DNA of 64,000 nt, from the NCBI GenBank assembly GCA_963717145.1, contig OY970325.1, positions 2,304,001 to 2,368,000 of the forward strand. Direction: 5' to 3'. Under the pieces are notes generated by a model, which worked only from the letters and a program-made list of their open reading frames with translations, made no database searches and was not told where the DNA came from. The position numbers were made by a program, and so were the translations under genes. The DNA comes from an uncultured Armatimonadetes bacterium. Lineage in GTDB: Bacteria > Armatimonadota > UBA5829 > DTJY01. Position 1 is the first letter of the stretch, and every line of letters starts with the position of its first letter. Positions 62,202 through 64,000 of the stretch are shown one piece after another.

Positions 62202-64000
62202 TCAGAGCGGGACGATGTCGGTCTGCGCGAGGACGAGGAGGCCGGGGGACTCGATGAGGGCGGTGAGCTTGACACGGGCGCCGATGCCCGGGCGGGTGAC
62301 GGTGGGGAGGTATGAGACCGGGAGGCCGCCGGGGATGGGTGAGCCGTCGTCGAGGTAGAACTTGCCCGTCCCGTGCGCGGAGACCTCTCCGATCACCCTC
62401 ACCATCAGCCCGACGTTGTTCAGCCCGATCCCCCAGGGACTCCCCTTCTGACCCGCGACCGGCGGCCCGGCGGAGTAGAAGTAGTCCAGTCCCCCGATGT
62501 CCCTCGCGATAAGGAGCGGCGCGCACGGGATCTCCGTGCTGCCCGTAGTAGTGACAATCGCGTCGGTCAGCTCGCGGGTGTCGGCGTTGGTGCTCAATCG
62601 GCCCGCGAGGGTCAGCGTCGTGCCGGGCGTGATCGAGGGCAGGCTGCCGACGCCCTTCGTGACCTTGATGCCGACCATGTTGCCGATCTGGCGCACGGCC
62701 ATGGTGTCGGAAACCGGCGCATGCGTAAGGACGAGGTTCGGGATCTCGACCCACTTGCCGTCCGGGAGCTTCTTCGCCTCCGCCAATGTGAGCGGGCCCT
62801 GGGCGACCCTGATGCCGTCGGACGCCATCACGCTGCTCCACTGATTGTGCGGATTCCGCGCCTTCGCCAGAACGTAGTAGGTCAGCCCGCTCGTGAGCGT
62901 CATGCTTCTGGTCCCTGAGTCGTGGCTCCGAGCCATCCGCCACCGGGGCTGATGATGCCGGCCTCACTGGGGGTGCTGCTGATCGCATACATGTACTGGA
63001 TGACGCCGGACTCGGGGTCGGATGCGCTCCATGTGCCGTGGACGCTCCCCGTACCGGTCTGGTACGCGCCGTCATCGAGGACGGACAGCATCACCGGGGG
63101 CGTGGCGACCTCGGCTATCGAGGCGTCATCCGCATAGGCCCAACTCGGCCCGATGCCGCCCTCGTTGTACTGCCCGAACTTGAAGAAGATGGAGATGCCG
63201 CCTGAGGTGGCGGTGACGGTCGTGTTGTAGTGCAGCCAGGCATTCTGCCCGCCGCTTTCGAGCTTGGTGTAGATGACGCTCGCCGCCTCGCCGTTCGAGG
63301 TCTGGCCGGTGAGATCGTATCCGACCTCGGCCCACGGACCCGCATCGGTCGACTGGAAGCGGACCCATCCGTCGAGGACGTACTGACGCCCGGGAGTGAC
63401 CCCACCGGCGGCCTGACATATCCCGCCATGTACGCGCAGGCGGTCCGCCCTGCCCCACTGCTGAGCGTGGCTCCCGGCGTGGAGGGTGGCCGTGGAGTCG
63501 GAGAAGGTGATCGAATTGACCAGCCCGAGGTCCACGACTTCCATCCGGTCGCGACGCCGCTTCCCTGGAATCCGCCCTCGAAGTTGCCGTTGGTCAGCAT
63601 GTTGTCGCCGATCCTGGTGAGCACGAAATCCTGCGTGGTCGAGCCGCCGGACGCGACGTTGACGCCGGAGATGGTCTGGTAGCAGTACGACAGCTTTGAG
63701 GCGGTCATCTGGTATGTGCCCGGAGCGACATCGGGGATCGTGTAGTAGCCGCTGCCGTTGGTCATGGCTGAGTATCCGCCCGTGCTCGTGACGATCTGCG
63801 TGTTGGTCATGATCTGGCCGCCACGAGTTCTCGCATAGCCGCTGATCGTGCCGGGCACAGGTGGCGGCTCGGGCCACCGGTATGCCTGAGCCACCGCCGC
63901 ATCGAGGTCGCTCAGTATCTGGCCCTTGTACGCGCTGCCGTCGATGTTCCATCCATCGCACCCGTTGCACCATCGGTACATGTTGACGCAGCGGAAGACC
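62202..64000 (-). CDS. Large multidomain secreted-type protein, 5' truncated, with apparent frameshifts near 63530 and 62930
   Basis: Carboxypeptidase-regulatory-like segment (GTISG...TNGSGYYTI...PGTY), CBM-like NGNFEGG, FN3-like WSASDPESG, C-terminal GLNNVGLMVRVIG...FYLDDGS. Confidence 0.75.

Overview
GC-rich bacterial chromosomal window; gene content and C-terminal domains suggest Armatimonadota (inference). The left third is housekeeping and envelope genes (larA-like, gpsA, PBP1A, uppP, wecB, wecA-like, dCMP deaminase, glyA, rpiB, leuS, an ANTAR two-component pair). The remainder holds carbohydrate genes, secreted beta-propeller proteins, an intact IS1182-family element and catalase. There are two accessory islands. 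One encodes a Vsr/C5-methyltransferase fusion plus a DUF4928-like gene (44.3-46.9 kb). The other is a tightly coupled, more AT-rich operon of a MORC/Hsp90-type GHKL ATPase, a methyltransferase-fold protein and a radical SAM enzyme (57.8-61.9 kb), which is the best candidate for an undescribed DNA-modification or defence system. The window is dense in REP-like palindromes, several sitting in frame inside proteins or supplying stop codons, and carries two copies of a MITE with target-site duplications. Many genes, including essential leuS, have single-base frameshifts that are most likely long-read sequencing errors. Family names come from motif recognition by eye, not from database searches.
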